DNA of 32,000 nt from Candidatus Omnitrophota bacterium (GTDB lineage: Bacteria; Omnitrophota; Gorgyraeia; 2-01-FULL-45-10). The position numbers and the translations under genes are program-made. The DNA is taken from assembly GCA_023818895.1 (NCBI GenBank), contig JAMWCX010000003.1, positions 60,001-92,000 on the forward strand, written 5' to 3'. Under the pieces are notes generated by a model, which ran no database searches, was not told the DNA's origin, and saw only the letters and a list, made by a program, of their open reading frames with translations. Shown piece after piece: positions 1 through 12,926 of this stretch. How positions within the stretch are numbered: the stretch's first letter is position 1; each line of letters starts with the position of its first letter.

Positions 1-221
1 GCAAGGTCGGATATATGGACCGTGAGCGGCTTATCACGGGAACGCTTTTTTACCCGATAAATTCTTTCTATCGCGGCCGCATCCAGAAGATTCGCCGCTA
101 ATCCGTAAACCGTTTCCGTAGGAAAGGCGACAAGCCCTCCTTCTCTTACCGTTCGGGCCGCGCAGGCAATAAGGGCCGGATCAGGCCTACGGGGATTGAC
201 TTTAAACACTATGGTCTTCAT
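1..221 (-). CDS. tsaC: L-threonylcarbamoyladenylate synthase (Sua5/YwlC/TsaC family), N-terminal 73 codons only; runs off the window start
   Basis: My own reverse-strand translation from ATG (221-219): [73 protein letters not shown]. The PTETVYGL..N and K.R...KPL motifs are hallmarks of this family. There is an ATGA start/stop overlap with the purE stop (218-220). It is absent from the ORF track because it is truncated. Confidence 0.85.
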   Translation of the reverse strand, partial: MKTIVFKVNPRRPDPALIACAARTVREGGLVAFPTETVYGLAANLLDAAAIERIYRVKKRSRDKPLTVHISDL

Positions 222-727
222 TTGATCTGGGCAGCAGCGAGATTGCGGTTTTTAATCCTGACTCCTTCGGCAAGTGAGACCTTTAAGGCCGCCAGCTTTT
301 TTTCGAGCCTCTTATCAGATAAACTGAGTATCTGAATAGCGAGGATAGCCGCGTTTTTCGCTCCCGCAGGACCTATTGTAACGGTGGCCACAGGTATGCC
401 GGCAGGCATCTGAACTATGGAAAACAGGGAATCGATGCCTTTCAACTCTTTAGTCTCCATCGGAACACCTATCACTGGAAGGGTTGTAAGGCTTGCCACA
501 ACGCCCGCCAGATGGGCTGCTCCACCGGCGCCGGCTATGATGACTTTAAGACCTTTCTTACGCGCGTTTTTTGCGAAAGCGGCGGCATCTTCGGGCGAAC
601 GATGAGCCGAAAGTATTTTGACAACATGAGCCACGCCGTATTCCTGTAATATTTTCTTTGCCTCTCCCATCACCGGCATATCTGAATCGCTTCCCATGAT
701 TATGGCTACTTCTGGATTTTGTGACAT
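218..727 (-). CDS. purE: N5-carboxyaminoimidazole ribonucleotide mutase
   Basis: 169 aa. Contains IMGSDSD, SAHRSP and AGGAAHLAG motifs typical of PurE. Sits in a purine operon. Confidence 0.95.
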   Translation of the reverse strand: MSQNPEVAIIMGSDSDMPVMGEAKKILQEYGVAHVVKILSAHRSPEDAAAFAKNARKKGLKVIIAGAGGAAHLAGVVASLTTLPVIGVPMETKELKGIDSLFSIVQMPAGIPVATVTIGPAGAKNAAILAIQILSLSDKRLEKKLAALKVSLAEGVRIKNRNLAAAQIK

Positions 728-763
728 CTTTTTTCCCCGTAATTTTCGTGTTATAAGACTCAG

Positions 764-2059
764 TTACCCATTCTCCTTTATAGCCTTATATCCTATATCG
801 GTCCTGTAATGCATCTTGTCAAAGTGTATGGTCCTGACCGCTTGATAACAAATATCTATGGCATTCTTGTAATCTATTCCAAGGGCGGTGACATTAAGAA
901 CTCTGCCACCGTTCGTTATGAAGAGGTTGTGTCCGTCGCTGGCCCGGCGCCCCAGCTTCGTTCCTGCGTGAAACACCACAATGTTTCTCATTTTCTCGAC
1001 CTCCTCAAGGCCGTGGATCTCCATGCCTTTGGCGTATTTTCCGGGATAACCGCTCGCCGCAATTACGACTGATACGCAAGGCCTAGTATCCCATTCGAGA
1101 GTGTAATCAGCAAGCCTGCCGTCTATGGCGCGTTCCATTGCCTCTACAAGGTCGCTCTTAAGGCGCGGCAGAATGGCTTGAGTTTCAGGATCGCCGAATC
1201 TCGTATTGAACTCAAGCACAAATGGGCCGGCCTCCGTCATCATTATACCAGCGTATAAAACACCTTTAAAGAGCTTGCCTTCCGCCGCCAGGCCATTTAT
1301 CACCGGATATATGATCGTGTCCGTTATTTTCTTGAAGATTTCGTCTGTTATCACCGGCGCCGGCGAATACGCACCCATGCCGCCGGTATTGGGGCCTTTG
1401 TCTCCGTCAAACACCCTTTTATGGTCCTGGCTTGAGGCAAGCGGCACGACATTTTTACCATCTGAGATGACTATTATCGAAGCCTCTTCGCCGAATAGAC
1501 AATCTTCAATGACAACTTTCTCTCCCGCGTCGCCAAAGACACGGTTGACCATAATTTCCTTAAGCGCTGTTTTCTGATCCTCTATCGCCCTGCAGACAGA
1601 AACACCTTTGCCGGCGGCTAACCCGTCCGCTTTTATCACAAGCGGCGACCGTTTCGCGTGGACATAAGCTAACGCCTCTTCGTAGTCGTCAAATATCCTG
1701 AAATCCGCGGTAGGAACGCCCGTTTTTCTCATGAATTCCTTGGCAAAGACTTTGCTACCTTCGAGGGCAGCAAGCTCTTTGGTTGGTCCGAATATCCTAA
1801 GACCTTCTTTTTGGAAAGCGTCTACAATACCCGCGTTCAGCGGTCCTTCGGGGCCTACAACTGTAAGGCCGATCTTCTTGTCCTTAGCGAACCTGACTAG
1901 AGATCCGATATCATCGGCTTTTATATGCACTGATTCGGCGACTTTTGAAATTCCATCCGAGCCGGGAGCCGCGTAAAGCTTTTCGCATCGCCTGCTCTGC
2001 GCAATCTTCCAGGCCAGTGCGTGTTCCCTGCCGCCGGATCCGATGACAAGTATCTTCAC
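764..2059 (-). CDS. purD: phosphoribosylamine--glycine ligase
   Basis: 431 aa. The N-terminus MKILVIGSGGREHALAWK and the ATP-grasp core are typical of PurD. Confidence 0.97.
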   Translation of the reverse strand: MKILVIGSGGREHALAWKIAQSRRCEKLYAAPGSDGISKVAESVHIKADDIGSLVRFAKDKKIGLTVVGPEGPLNAGIVDAFQKEGLRIFGPTKELAALEGSKVFAKEFMRKTGVPTADFRIFDDYEEALAYVHAKRSPLVIKADGLAAGKGVSVCRAIEDQKTALKEIMVNRVFGDAGEKVVIEDCLFGEEASIIVISDGKNVVPLASSQDHKRVFDGDKGPNTGGMGAYSPAPVITDEIFKKITDTIIYPVINGLAAEGKLFKGVLYAGIMMTEAGPFVLEFNTRFGDPETQAILPRLKSDLVEAMERAIDGRLADYTLEWDTRPCVSVVIAASGYPGKYAKGMEIHGLEEVEKMRNIVVFHAGTKLGRRASDGHNLFITNGGRVLNVTALGIDYKNAIDICYQAVRTIHFDKMHYRTDIGYKAIKENG

Positions 2060-2152
2060 TTTCCACCTTTTTTCTTAAAATATTATGTGTGCGTCCGCTT
2101 CGTTTAGCGGAGTCGATTCCTCTTACTATAAGAGATCAAGAGGTAGGGGTGG

Positions 2153-3148
2153 TCATATTATCTCGACCTCCCTGTTACCCTTAACAACCCTACCTATCAC
2201 GTGAGACCTGAAGCCTTCGGCTTGCAATATCCTCTGCGCCCGGTCTATATCGCGGCGAGAGAGCACAAGCACCATACCTATACCCATATTAAAAGTCCTG
2301 TACATCTGGCGGTCGTCGACCCCTCCCATCTTCTTAAGCATCAAGAAGATTGGAAGCGGCTTCCACGAGTTTCTGTCTATTTCTATGGCCATACCCTTAG
2401 GAATTATGCGGGGTATCTTGTCATAGAAAGCTCCGCCTGTGATATTTGCTATACCTTTTATCCTGACTTTTTTCTTGAGCGCGAGTATACCCTTTGAGTA
2501 AAGCCGCGTTGGTTTAAGCAGCTCTTTGACATGGGCTTTTAGTTCCCGCTCTCTGAGTATCTTCCTGACGAGGGAGTAGCCATTGGAATGAAGGCCGCTT
2601 GACTCAAGACCCAACACTACGTCGCCCAAAACGGTACCCGTCCCGTCTATAATTTCTTTTCTGTCAACTATGCCGACACCAAAACCGGCAAGGTCGTACT
2701 CGCCCTCCGCATACATGCCCGGCATCTCAGCCGTCTCGCCGCCGACGAGGGCGTAGCCAGCCTGGCGGCAGCCGGCGGCTATACCTTTTACGACATCCTT
2801 CAGTACGGATGGGACTATTTTTCCTGTCGCTATGTAGTCAAGAAAAAATAGCCCTTCGGCGCCTGAGCAGATTATATCATTGGTGCTCATCGCAACCAGA
2901 TCCACTCCGACTGTGTCATGCTTATCGGCAAGAAACGCTATCTTCAATTTGGTGCCGACGCCATCGGTGGAAGAGACCAAAATAGGGTCTTTGAATCTTC
3001 CGATACTGGGCCTGAACAGGGCGCCAAAACCGCCGACATCACTTAAGACCCCTTTTATCTTTGTTAGGGACGCAAAGCGTTTATAATCCCTTACGAGTTT
3101 ATTGGCTTTGTCGATGTCGACGCCAGCGCTTTTATATGTTATGCTCAT
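2153..3148 (-). CDS. purM: phosphoribosylformylglycinamidine cyclo-ligase (AIR synthetase)
   Basis: 331 aa. YKSAGVDID start and DGVGTK motif; length is typical of PurM. Confidence 0.97.
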   Translation of the reverse strand: MSITYKSAGVDIDKANKLVRDYKRFASLTKIKGVLSDVGGFGALFRPSIGRFKDPILVSSTDGVGTKLKIAFLADKHDTVGVDLVAMSTNDIICSGAEGLFFLDYIATGKIVPSVLKDVVKGIAAGCRQAGYALVGGETAEMPGMYAEGEYDLAGFGVGIVDRKEIIDGTGTVLGDVVLGLESSGLHSNGYSLVRKILRERELKAHVKELLKPTRLYSKGILALKKKVRIKGIANITGGAFYDKIPRIIPKGMAIEIDRNSWKPLPIFLMLKKMGGVDDRQMYRTFNMGIGMVLVLSRRDIDRAQRILQAEGFRSHVIGRVVKGNREVEII

Positions 3149-4058
3149 CTTTAAGACCGATACCTTTTCCTGTGATCATCGTAAGGGCCTGTATATATTT
3201 CTGGCTGGTTTTTCGCACTATGTCATCCGGTAATTCCGGCCCGGGAGGCGTCTTATTCCAGCTGAGCGTTTCCAGGTAATCTCTCACAAATTGCTTATCG
3301 AAACTCGGTTGCGGCCCCCCAGGCTTATATTCATCCTTGGGCCAAAAACGGGATGAGTCCGGTGTAAGCACTTCATCTATAAGTATTATCTTATTCTGGT
3401 AGACGCCGAACTCGAATTTCGCGTCGGCGATTATTATGCCTTTTGATTCGGCATAGTGACTTGCTTTCTTGTACAAAGCTATGCTGGTATTTTTCAGTTT
3501 ATCGGTCATGTCCTTTCCGAGACGCTTCTCAACGTAATCTTGAGAGACGTTGATATCATGGCCGACGTCCTCCTTTGTGGACGGCGTGAAAATCGGCTCC
3601 GGAAGTTTGTCAGATTCACGAAGGCCCTTCGGAAGCGCTATGCCGCATATAGAGCCGCTCTGCTTGTACTCTTTCCATCCTGATCCAGAAATATAGCCCC
3701 TAACCACACATTCCACAGGGATCGTCTTCGCCTTCTTTACCAGCATCGACCTTCCCTTTAAGACGTCAGCGTATCTATTCAACACACTGGGATATTGTGA
3801 GACTTCGGCCGAAATAAGATGGTTTTCTATGATGTCCTTGGTAAATTCAAACCAGAAAAGCGATAATCGCGTCAGGACCTCGCCTTTGTAAGGTATGCCT
3901 GTGGGTAAGACGACGTCAAAACAGGATATCCTGTCCGTAGACACAACCAAAAGCTCATCTCCAACATCATAAACGTCTCTGACCTTACCCCTCTTGAAAA
4001 GCTTTATATCTGTAAAGTCCGTCTTTATGACCGGTTCTGTCGTCATCATGTCTTGCAT
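3132..4058 (-). CDS. purC: phosphoribosylaminoimidazole-succinocarboxamide synthase (long form)
   Basis: GKVRDVY....[13 protein letters not shown] is the SAICAR synthase signature. The track ORF extends to 4094. That extension would overlap purB by 32 nt. The internal Met at 4058 (MQDMMTTEP) lies 4 nt after the purB stop, so I prefer it. Confidence 0.93.
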   Translation of the reverse strand: MQDMMTTEPVIKTDFTDIKLFKRGKVRDVYDVGDELLVVSTDRISCFDVVLPTGIPYKGEVLTRLSLFWFEFTKDIIENHLISAEVSQYPSVLNRYADVLKGRSMLVKKAKTIPVECVVRGYISGSGWKEYKQSGSICGIALPKGLRESDKLPEPIFTPSTKEDVGHDINVSQDYVEKRLGKDMTDKLKNTSIALYKKASHYAESKGIIIADAKFEFGVYQNKIILIDEVLTPDSSRFWPKDEYKPGGPQPSFDKQFVRDYLETLSWNKTPPGPELPDDIVRKTSQKYIQALTMITGKGIGLKDEHNI

Positions 4059-4062
4059 CTCC

Positions 4063-5355
4063 CTAAATTCCCACCTGTTTGAATATCCTGTCAACGTTTT
4101 TTATGTGATATCCGTAATCGAATATCTTTTCTATATCTTGAACGCTTAAGAGCGAACGTATGCCATCGTCTTTCAGAAGAGCCTCTTTGAGGCCTATATT
4201 GCCTTGCCGCGCGGCAAAAGCGACTTCTTGCACCTTATCATAAGCTTCGTTGCGTGTAAGGCCTTTTTCGATGAGCTCCAGCAAAAGTTTTCCCGAAAAA
4301 ACTATACCTCCTGAGCGGTTAAGGTTCTCCAACATTCTGTCTTCGTTCACCACCAGGTGACTTACCACGTCCATGAACTTGTTGAGCATATAATCCAAAA
4401 GAATCGTCGAATCCGGTAGTATGACGCGCTCAACCGAAGAATGCGAAATATCGCGCTCGTGCCAAAGGACTATATCCTCCATCGCGGCAATTGAGTTGGC
4501 GCGCAGTATCCTCGCCAGCCCCGATATGCGTTCGCACATGATGGGATTTTTCTTGTGAGGCATCGCGCTCGAACCCTTCTGTCCCTTCGAAAAAAACTCC
4601 TCGACCTCCCCTATCTCCGTGTGCTGCAGGTTTCTGAATTCGGTGGCGAATTTTTCAAGAGATGTCCCAGTTAAGGCTATCGCTACCAGAAATTCGGCAT
4701 GGTGGTCACGCTGAACCACCTGGGTCGCGACATTAGCCGGTTTTAATCCGAGCTTCTTACAGACATACGCCTCAACTGAAGGGTCGATATTGGCATATGT
4801 CCCAACGGCGCCTGAGATCTTGCCGACGCTAACCGCGGAACGCGCCCTTTTAAGCCTTTCGAGATTTCTTGACATTTCGTCATAATAGAGCGCCATCTTA
4901 AGCCCAAACGTCATCGGTTCAGCATGTACTGAATGAGTCCTGCCTATCATGAGCGTCTTCTTGTAGCGCCTGGCCTTTCCGGCTATGATACGCATGAGCT
5001 TCTTCACGTCATCGATGAGTATATCGCAGGCTTCCTGCATCTGTACTGAAAGCGCCGTATCCAATACATCGCTTGAGGTGAGTCCCATGTGGATGTACTT
5101 AGCGTCCTCTCCGACATACTCGGAGACATTCTTTATGAATGCGATGACATCGTGATTTGTGACAGCCTCTATTTCCTTGATGCGATCGATGTTAAACCGG
5201 GCTTTCTTGCGAATCTGAAATAAAGACGCTTTGGGTATCTTACCGAGCTTCGCGAGGGCTTCGCAGGCGAAAATCTCAACGTCCAGCATCTTCTGGAAAC
5301 GGTTTTCTTCGCTCCAGATTGCGGCCATCCGCGGCAGTGAGTATCGTGGTATCAT
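4063..5355 (-). CDS. purB: adenylosuccinate lyase
   Basis: 430 aa. Fumarate-lyase signature [10 protein letters not shown], and an MIPRYS.. start typical of PurB. Confidence 0.97.
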   Translation of the reverse strand: MIPRYSLPRMAAIWSEENRFQKMLDVEIFACEALAKLGKIPKASLFQIRKKARFNIDRIKEIEAVTNHDVIAFIKNVSEYVGEDAKYIHMGLTSSDVLDTALSVQMQEACDILIDDVKKLMRIIAGKARRYKKTLMIGRTHSVHAEPMTFGLKMALYYDEMSRNLERLKRARSAVSVGKISGAVGTYANIDPSVEAYVCKKLGLKPANVATQVVQRDHHAEFLVAIALTGTSLEKFATEFRNLQHTEIGEVEEFFSKGQKGSSAMPHKKNPIMCERISGLARILRANSIAAMEDIVLWHERDISHSSVERVILPDSTILLDYMLNKFMDVVSHLVVNEDRMLENLNRSGGIVFSGKLLLELIEKGLTRNEAYDKVQEVAFAARQGNIGLKEALLKDDGIRSLLSVQDIEKIFDYGYHIKNVDRIFKQVGI

Positions 5356-5388
5356 TTTTCACCTTAATATTGGCATTATCGCGATAGT

Positions 5389-5417
5389 ATTCTATATTAG
5401 AAAAACGGGTGTGTCAA
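5389..5417 (-). promoter_or_regulatory. sigma70-like promoter of the purB operon
   Basis: On the minus strand: TTGACA (5417-5412), a 17-nt spacer, then TAGAAT (5394-5389). An AAGGTG ribosome-binding site follows, then the ATG at 5355. Confidence 0.65.
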
Positions 5418-5586
5418 TTAAAGAAAAGAGCGGGCGATTTTACGGCTTTATGGGGGTGTTGGTATTTCCTCTAACGAAATAAATCCGTCGGGCTGCTGTA
5501 GCCTGGCCGTAGCCGCTGGCGCGATTGTTCATACCAATTTTGGCCATATCAGGCCGCGAGAAGGAAGATAATTTCACTCCATATGC

Positions 5587-5616
5587 TTGACATAACGCTC
5601 AACGGCAATGTAAAAT
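5587..5616 (+). promoter_or_regulatory. sigma70-like promoter of the hss-decarboxylase pair
   Basis: TTGACA (5587-5592), an 18-nt spacer, then TAAAAT (5611-5616). A GGAGG ribosome-binding site precedes the ATG at 5677. Confidence 0.65.
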
Positions 5617-5676
5617 GTAGCATATTCAATATTTTTTTAACCTTGTTTTGCGTAAAAATAGCTGGAGGCTTAAGCG

Positions 5677-7128
5677 ATGTTGGAATTCAACAATAAGATA
5701 CTCGTCATCGGTTACGGTTCCGTCTCAAAATGCACCCTTCCCATACTCTTAAAGCATATAAAGGTGCCATACAAAAATGTCACAGTAATAGATTTTGTCG
5801 ATCAAAAGGCCGCCATAAAAGAATGGACCGATAGGGGCGTAAAATATTTTCAGGAGAAGATAACCCCTATCAATATGGCGCAGGAGCTGGCCAGGCACGT
5901 TGGTGCGGGCGGCATGGTGATTGACCTGGCATGGAATATCGGATGTATCGACATAGTGTCATGGTGCCATGATAACAATGTCCTTTACGTGAATACTTCC
6001 GTTGAGGAGTGGGATCCTTATGCCGATATCCATAATAAAACAACTCTGCAGAAGTCGTTATACTACAGGCAGATGAAGTTGCGCGAAATGGAATCCAAAT
6101 GGAACGGTGATTCAGCAACGGTAGTCGTAGATCACGGCGCCAATCCCGGTCTTATCTCGCACTTCACAAAACAAGGTCTTATAGATATAGCGGAAAAGGC
6201 CATCAAAGACAAGACGACGCCTAAATCCACTCAAAAGGCGCTTGAGAAGCTGCTGTGCGACATGGACTTTGCGCGGCTTGCCATGAAGCTGGGCGTCAAG
6301 ACCATACACTGTAGTGAAAGGGACACGCAGATAGCGAATAAACCCAAAGAGGTCGACGAGTTTGTCGGAACATGGTCGGTCGAGGGCTTAAGAGAAGAGG
6401 GTATATCCCCCGCCGAAATGGGCTGGGGTACGCACGAGAAAACGCTTCCTAAAAACGCCCACCTGCCGCACTACGGTCCCAAGAATCAGATATTTCTTGC
6501 CCAGATGGGCATGAACACCTGGGTGAGGTCATGGATACCCGACCAGGAGATAGTAGGAATGGTTATCCGCCACGGTGAAGCCTTCGGCATATCGGACAGG
6601 CTCACAGTCTGGAAAGGCAAGAAAGCGGTCTACAGGCCGACGGTCCACTATGCCTACATGCCCTGCCACGAAACCATATCCTCCCTCCACGAACTGCGCG
6701 GTCGTAATTACGAGCTGCAACCCCGCTGGAGGATCATGAACGACGAGATCACTTCAGGCGAGGATATCCTAGGCGCGCTTATCATGGGCCACAAATACAA
6801 TTCCTGGTGGACGGGAAGCATCCTTTCGATCGAGGAATCACGCCGGCTCGTTCCGCATCAGAATGCCACAACGATGCAGGTCGCCATAGGCGTCGTTTCG
6901 GCCGTCATGTGGATGATCGAAAACCCCAGAAAAGGCCTCAAACTTCCCGACGATCTGCCCCATGACTACATACTAAAGATCGCTAAGCCATATCTCGGAA
7001 GGTTTGTGTCGGTCCAATCCGATTGGACACCTCTTTCAAACTATTCGATATTTTTCAAGGAGAATAAGGCCGATAAGCTAGACACCAGAAACATATGGTG
7101 TTTCCAAAATTTCTTGTTTAAACCTTAA
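5677..7128 (+). CDS. hss: homospermidine synthase (bacterial HSS type)
   Basis: 483 aa. As I recall bacterial HSS, it matches along the whole length: GANPGLISHF, ARLAMKLGVKTIHCSERDTQ, NTWSVEG, AEMGWGTHE, VYRPTVHYAY, IEESRRLVPHQNATTMQV, DWTPL. Confidence 0.88.
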   Translation: MLEFNNKILVIGYGSVSKCTLPILLKHIKVPYKNVTVIDFVDQKAAIKEWTDRGVKYFQEKITPINMAQELARHVGAGGMVIDLAWNIGCIDIVSWCHDNNVLYVNTSVEEWDPYADIHNKTTLQKSLYYRQMKLREMESKWNGDSATVVVDHGANPGLISHFTKQGLIDIAEKAIKDKTTPKSTQKALEKLLCDMDFARLAMKLGVKTIHCSERDTQIANKPKEVDEFVGTWSVEGLREEGISPAEMGWGTHEKTLPKNAHLPHYGPKNQIFLAQMGMNTWVRSWIPDQEIVGMVIRHGEAFGISDRLTVWKGKKAVYRPTVHYAYMPCHETISSLHELRGRNYELQPRWRIMNDEITSGEDILGALIMGHKYNSWWTGSILSIEESRRLVPHQNATTMQVAIGVVSAVMWMIENPRKGLKLPDDLPHDYILKIAKPYLGRFVSVQSDWTPLSNYSIFFKENKADKLDTRNIWCFQNFLFKP

Positions 7129-7145
7129 CCGAGATAGACACAGAT

Positions 7146-8300
7146 ATGGCAAAAAAACGCCTTTCAAAAAGACTCCAGAGAATTAAAAGTATCGCGGAAA
7201 GATACGGAACGCCCATCTTCATAGTCGATCATGACAGGATACGCGAAAATTACCGCGAATTCACGACAAGCTTGCCTCGCGTACAGGCATATTACGCGGT
7301 AAAGGCGAATCCGCTACCTGAGATAGTTCGCACTCTCTACAAGTGCGGAGCGAGCTTCGATGTGGCGTCATTTCCCGAGTTCATGATAGTCTATGAGAAT
7401 ATCAAAAACATGCCCGCGAAGAAGCGACAAGACTGGATTTGGGACAAGATCATTTATGCCAACACAATAAAGCAGATAGAAACTCTCCATAAGCTCGATC
7501 AATTCAAGCCGCTTGTCACTTTTGACAATATTGACGAGCTTCACAAGATAAAAGTCCACTGCCCACACGCCGGCCTATGTCTCAGGATTCGCGTTCCTAA
7601 TACCGGCTCTATGGTTGAGCTATCTTCCAAGTTTGGGGCCCATCCGGGAGAGGCGGTCGACCTCATCCTTGAGGCCCGCAAAGCAAATCTCGTAGTGGAG
7701 GGCATCAGCTTTCATGTGGGAAGCCAGTGTAACAATTTTGAGAATTACATGCAGGCGCTTCAGCTTTGCGCCGGCATATTCAGGGAGTCGGAATCAAGAG
7801 GCCATAAGATAAAGATACTGGATATCGGCGGCGGCTTCCCGGTAAAATACGATAATAAATCGAAATCCTTCAAGGTCCTGGCCAGAAAGCTTAACGCGGA
7901 GATAGAGAGGCTTTTCTCGAAGGATATAGAGATACTGGCCGAGCCGGGCCGCTTTATGATCGCGAATGCCGCCACGCTGGTGGCAAAGGTCATCGGGAAG
8001 GCCGTCAGGGATGGCAAGCCGTGTTATTATATAGACGACGGAGTATACCATACTTTCTCGGGAGTAATATTCGACCACTGCACATACCCCATAAAGGCGT
8101 TCAAGGACGGCGAGAAGAAAGTCTCCGCGGTATTCGGGCCTACCTGCGATGCCCTCGATACGATTTCGGTCGCGGAGGAGTTGCCGGACCTTGAGATAGG
8201 CGACTACGTCTATGCCGATAATATCGGCGCCTATTCACACGCCTCGTCCACATACTTTAACGGCTTTCCGCCGGCGAAGGTACTGCATATAAACCGATAG
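7146..8300 (+). CDS. PLP-dependent ornithine/lysine decarboxylase (alanine-racemase fold, eukaryotic-ODC-like)
   Basis: 384 aa. Motifs: YYAVKANP (PLP lysine), SFHVGSQ, LDIGGGFP, AEPGR, FGPTCDALD, and a C-terminal GAYSHASSTYFNGF. These fit ODC/LDC rather than carboxynorspermidine decarboxylase. The substrate cannot be fixed from sequence. Confidence 0.8.
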   Translation: MAKKRLSKRLQRIKSIAERYGTPIFIVDHDRIRENYREFTTSLPRVQAYYAVKANPLPEIVRTLYKCGASFDVASFPEFMIVYENIKNMPAKKRQDWIWDKIIYANTIKQIETLHKLDQFKPLVTFDNIDELHKIKVHCPHAGLCLRIRVPNTGSMVELSSKFGAHPGEAVDLILEARKANLVVEGISFHVGSQCNNFENYMQALQLCAGIFRESESRGHKIKILDIGGGFPVKYDNKSKSFKVLARKLNAEIERLFSKDIEILAEPGRFMIANAATLVAKVIGKAVRDGKPCYYIDDGVYHTFSGVIFDHCTYPIKAFKDGEKKVSAVFGPTCDALDTISVAEELPDLEIGDYVYADNIGAYSHASSTYFNGFPPAKVLHINR

Positions 8301-8310
8301 GCGATTTTTC

Positions 8311-8338
8311 TTGCAAATTAACGGCCTTCCGGTATAAT
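8311..8338 (+). promoter_or_regulatory. sigma70-like promoter of the initiator tRNA
   Basis: TTGCAA (8311-8316), a 16-nt spacer, then TATAAT (8333-8338). The -10 box ends 11 nt upstream of the tRNA 5' end. Confidence 0.65.
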
Positions 8339-8349
8339 AGAAGGTCCAT

Positions 8350-8426
<77 letters not shown>

Positions 8427-8438
8427 AAAAAAATCAAA

Positions 8439-8470
8439 CCCCTGCCTCGATAAGGCAGGGGTTTTTATTT
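8439..8470. terminator. bidirectional rho-independent terminator
   Basis: Stem CCCCTGCC (8439-8446) pairs with GGCAGGGG (8454-8461) around a 7-nt loop. TTTTTATTT follows on the plus strand and an A-run (8426-8433) precedes it, giving a U-tract for the minus strand. It sits between the tRNA and the convergent pdaD. Confidence 0.8.
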
Positions 8471-8482
8471 GTTAACAAAGTC

Positions 8483-9052
8483 TTAGAAAAGAAATACGGC
8501 GGCGGCGATGACCGTGGAGTAGTTGCCTTCCGGACCTATCACCGCCGACTGCGTGGTATTAGAAGTGCGGACTATCTTATCATGCAGTTTATAGATCTCT
8601 TTGTTCTCATCCCAAGATTTATCCTCATCGAATTCTAGACCAAGAGTTGATGCCAACATTTCCACCGCGAGGTCTTCGGCGAGGTCGCCGGCGATTTTTT
8701 CGTTCTGGCCGAAGGCATGATGCTCGCTTAAATACCCGTAAGCGTTAGGATCCGCCGGTACGGCGCAGCCTATTGAGGCGGCGATTAGCCTATGAGGCTC
8801 ATTTCCAGAGCAGCGTGATACCACAGCGAACGTTATCATGCCGGGATATAGCTCCTTCAAGCCCTCGGCCTTAGGTATCACCTTGCAGCCGGGAGGAAGT
8901 ATGCTCGACACATGGACAAGGTTACATTTCTCTATGCCGGCGTCGCGCAGGGCAAGCTCAAAGCTTCTCAGCTCCGCTTTATGCGTACCGACACCTTTTG
9001 TGAAGAACATCTTTTTTGGAAGAAGCAGGTTTTTTCGCGGCACAAGTATCAT
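8483..9052 (-). CDS. pdaD: pyruvoyl-dependent arginine decarboxylase
   Basis: 189 aa. [39 protein letters not shown] includes the VSS self-cleavage site of PdaD-type enzymes. Confidence 0.88.
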   Translation of the reverse strand: MILVPRKNLLLPKKMFFTKGVGTHKAELRSFELALRDAGIEKCNLVHVSSILPPGCKVIPKAEGLKELYPGMITFAVVSRCSGNEPHRLIAASIGCAVPADPNAYGYLSEHHAFGQNEKIAGDLAEDLAVEMLASTLGLEFDEDKSWDENKEIYKLHDKIVRTSNTTQSAVIGPEGNYSTVIAAAVFLF

Positions 9053-9064
9053 TTCACATTTACT

Positions 9065-9979
9065 CTATTTCTTTACCGGAAACATATAACCCAGCAGCCG
9101 GTAGATAAGCTTTGCCGCCAGAAAATCAGAAGCTATATTGCCCTTTATGGGACAAAGCTCCACCACATCGAACCCCACTACCTTCTTCGCCTTGATGACA
9201 TCTTTAAGAAGATCCAGCGTTTCGTACCATCCTATACCGCCGGGCTCCGGCGTCCCTACTGCAGGAACGATAGAAGGGTCAAATACGTCCAGGTCTACGG
9301 TAATGTAGATGTTCTCTGAAAGGTTATTCGTCACGGAATCCTTCCACATAGGCGTCTCAAGTATATCATACACACTTACGGACTTTATTCTGCCATTCGC
9401 CTGTGTGGAAAGAAAGTCCTTCTCCTCTTTCGACATGCTCCTGGTGCCTACCTGCACTACGGGGCAAAACTCCAATATCCTTCTGGTGACACAACCATGA
9501 TTTAGCTTGGAGCCAAAGTATTCGTCACGCAGGTCGTAATGGGCGTCGAGGTGAAGTACCGAGAGGTTTGGATATAGCTCTTTTTGCGCCTTTACCACCC
9601 CTATCGTGACCGAGTGCTCTCCTCCGACTATAACTGGGAATTTGTTCGCCTTGATAATCTCAAGCGTCTGTGAGTAAACCTTCTCAACCATATCCTGGGG
9701 CTGCATATTTTCTACACGTAGAGGATCCATGGTATTGATACCGATTCTGAATGTCTCCTGATTCAGTTCGTCATCATAGCGCTCCAGATATCGGGAGGCC
9801 TCCAGGATCGCGGCAGGACCGGCTGATGTTCCATGTATGTAGGTTGTCGTCATATCATAAGGGACTGGGATTATGACAACTTTTGATTTCTTGAAGGTCG
9901 AGTGCTCTTCCTCCAGCGCCAGGTAGCTGGCCGCGGGAACGTTGAAAAGCATCGGGGTTGTCGGACTTTTTTCTTCCAT
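9065..9979 (-). CDS. speB: agmatinase (ureohydrolase family)
   Basis: 304 aa. Mn-ligand motifs of the arginase/agmatinase family are present: GGEHS, LHLDAHYDLR, TVDLDVFDPS. It lies directly upstream of pdaD. Confidence 0.9.
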   Translation of the reverse strand: MEEKSPTTPMLFNVPAASYLALEEEHSTFKKSKVVIIPVPYDMTTTYIHGTSAGPAAILEASRYLERYDDELNQETFRIGINTMDPLRVENMQPQDMVEKVYSQTLEIIKANKFPVIVGGEHSVTIGVVKAQKELYPNLSVLHLDAHYDLRDEYFGSKLNHGCVTRRILEFCPVVQVGTRSMSKEEKDFLSTQANGRIKSVSVYDILETPMWKDSVTNNLSENIYITVDLDVFDPSIVPAVGTPEPGGIGWYETLDLLKDVIKAKKVVGFDVVELCPIKGNIASDFLAAKLIYRLLGYMFPVKK

Positions 9980-9987
9980 ATCGATCC

Positions 9988-12208
<2,221 letters not shown>

Positions 12209-12292
12209 AATAAGTAATTTTTGTTTCCTTGTTCGTTCGGATATCTGATTCTAATTACCAATCACGCTTTACTAATTACTGTTTACTAAACC

Positions 12293-12448
12293 TTAAAAAA
12301 GCGTATAAATGAACGGCGCTATCGCGCTTCCTTCAGTAAATATTATGAGAAGACCTAAAAGGACGAGCATGATAACTATTGGTAAAAGCCACCATTTCTT
12401 GCGCTCCAAAAGAAAGCCCCAGAATTCCTTAATTATGCCGATTCCCAT
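12293..12448 (-). CDS. small membrane protein, DUF5989 / SxtK-like
   Basis: MGIGIIKEFWGFLLERKKWWLLPIVIMLVLLGLLIIFTEGSAIAPFIYTLF. A single TM helix and the ..APFIYTLF C-terminus match the small partner protein of SxtI-type carbamoyltransferases as I recall it. I moved the start from the track's 12496 to the ATG preceded by AAGGTG. Confidence 0.6.
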   Translation of the reverse strand: MGIGIIKEFWGFLLERKKWWLLPIVIMLVLLGLLIIFTEGSAIAPFIYTLF

Positions 12449-12511
12449 CCCGCACCTTCTTTCCCGCCCCCCACAACACCTCCAAAAAAGACACAAAAGG
12501 GGGTCGTTTTC

Positions 12512-12925
12512 TTAATATTGGTTTTCGTAACTTTCTTTAGTTCTGGCAGGGCCCGTACGCATATGCCAGTAAGAATCTCTTCTTTTATCTATCCTCTGAT
12601 CAAGAACATCCTTTCCGAAAAACTTAATCAGAAGACCTATTGGAGTTATCACAAAATAAAAAAGGATCGCAAGAATCAGATGGCTTACGAAAAACCCTAT
12701 TACCAGCCCCAACGCCATCCATGCCTTCTGGAGCGGTTTCAAAACTTCGGGAAAGACTATGCCCAAGGCCAAAAACGATGAGCCGCTACACAAAAGATAG
12801 GGCCAGGACGTCTTGCCGCGCCACATCGCCAAACCGCCAAGCATAAGAAGAACACCTCCGATGGTCAGGCCGAACTCGCGCAACTGCTTTCTGCCGCTTT
12901 TAATATTCTTTATATCTTCGAGCAT
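12512..12925 (-). CDS. SxtJ-like membrane protein
   Basis: 137 aa with 3-4 TM helices. It sits between a carbamoyltransferase and the DUF5989-like gene, which is the known SxtI/J/K arrangement. Confidence 0.6.
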   Translation of the reverse strand: MLEDIKNIKSGRKQLREFGLTIGGVLLMLGGLAMWRGKTSWPYLLCSGSSFLALGIVFPEVLKPLQKAWMALGLVIGFFVSHLILAILFYFVITPIGLLIKFFGKDVLDQRIDKRRDSYWHMRTGPARTKESYENQY

Positions 12926-12926
12926 T

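Noticed and set aside
5418-5586. A GC-rich 170-bp segment between the divergent purB and hss promoters, considered as a riboswitch (purine/ZTP) or small RNA. It also contains the tail of the 83-aa ORF 5231-5482.
   Set aside because: It lies upstream of both promoters, so it would not be in either 5' UTR. I could not fold it into purine or ZTP riboswitch consensus elements. The 83-aa ORF is mostly antisense to purB.
12231-12244. ATATCCGAACGAAC (minus strand) upstream of purN resembles the Bacillus PurBox core (CCGAAC).
   Set aside because: It is a single copy with no inverted partner. The motif is absent from the main pur operon promoter at 5356-5420. There is no evidence that this organism uses a Bacillus-type PurR.
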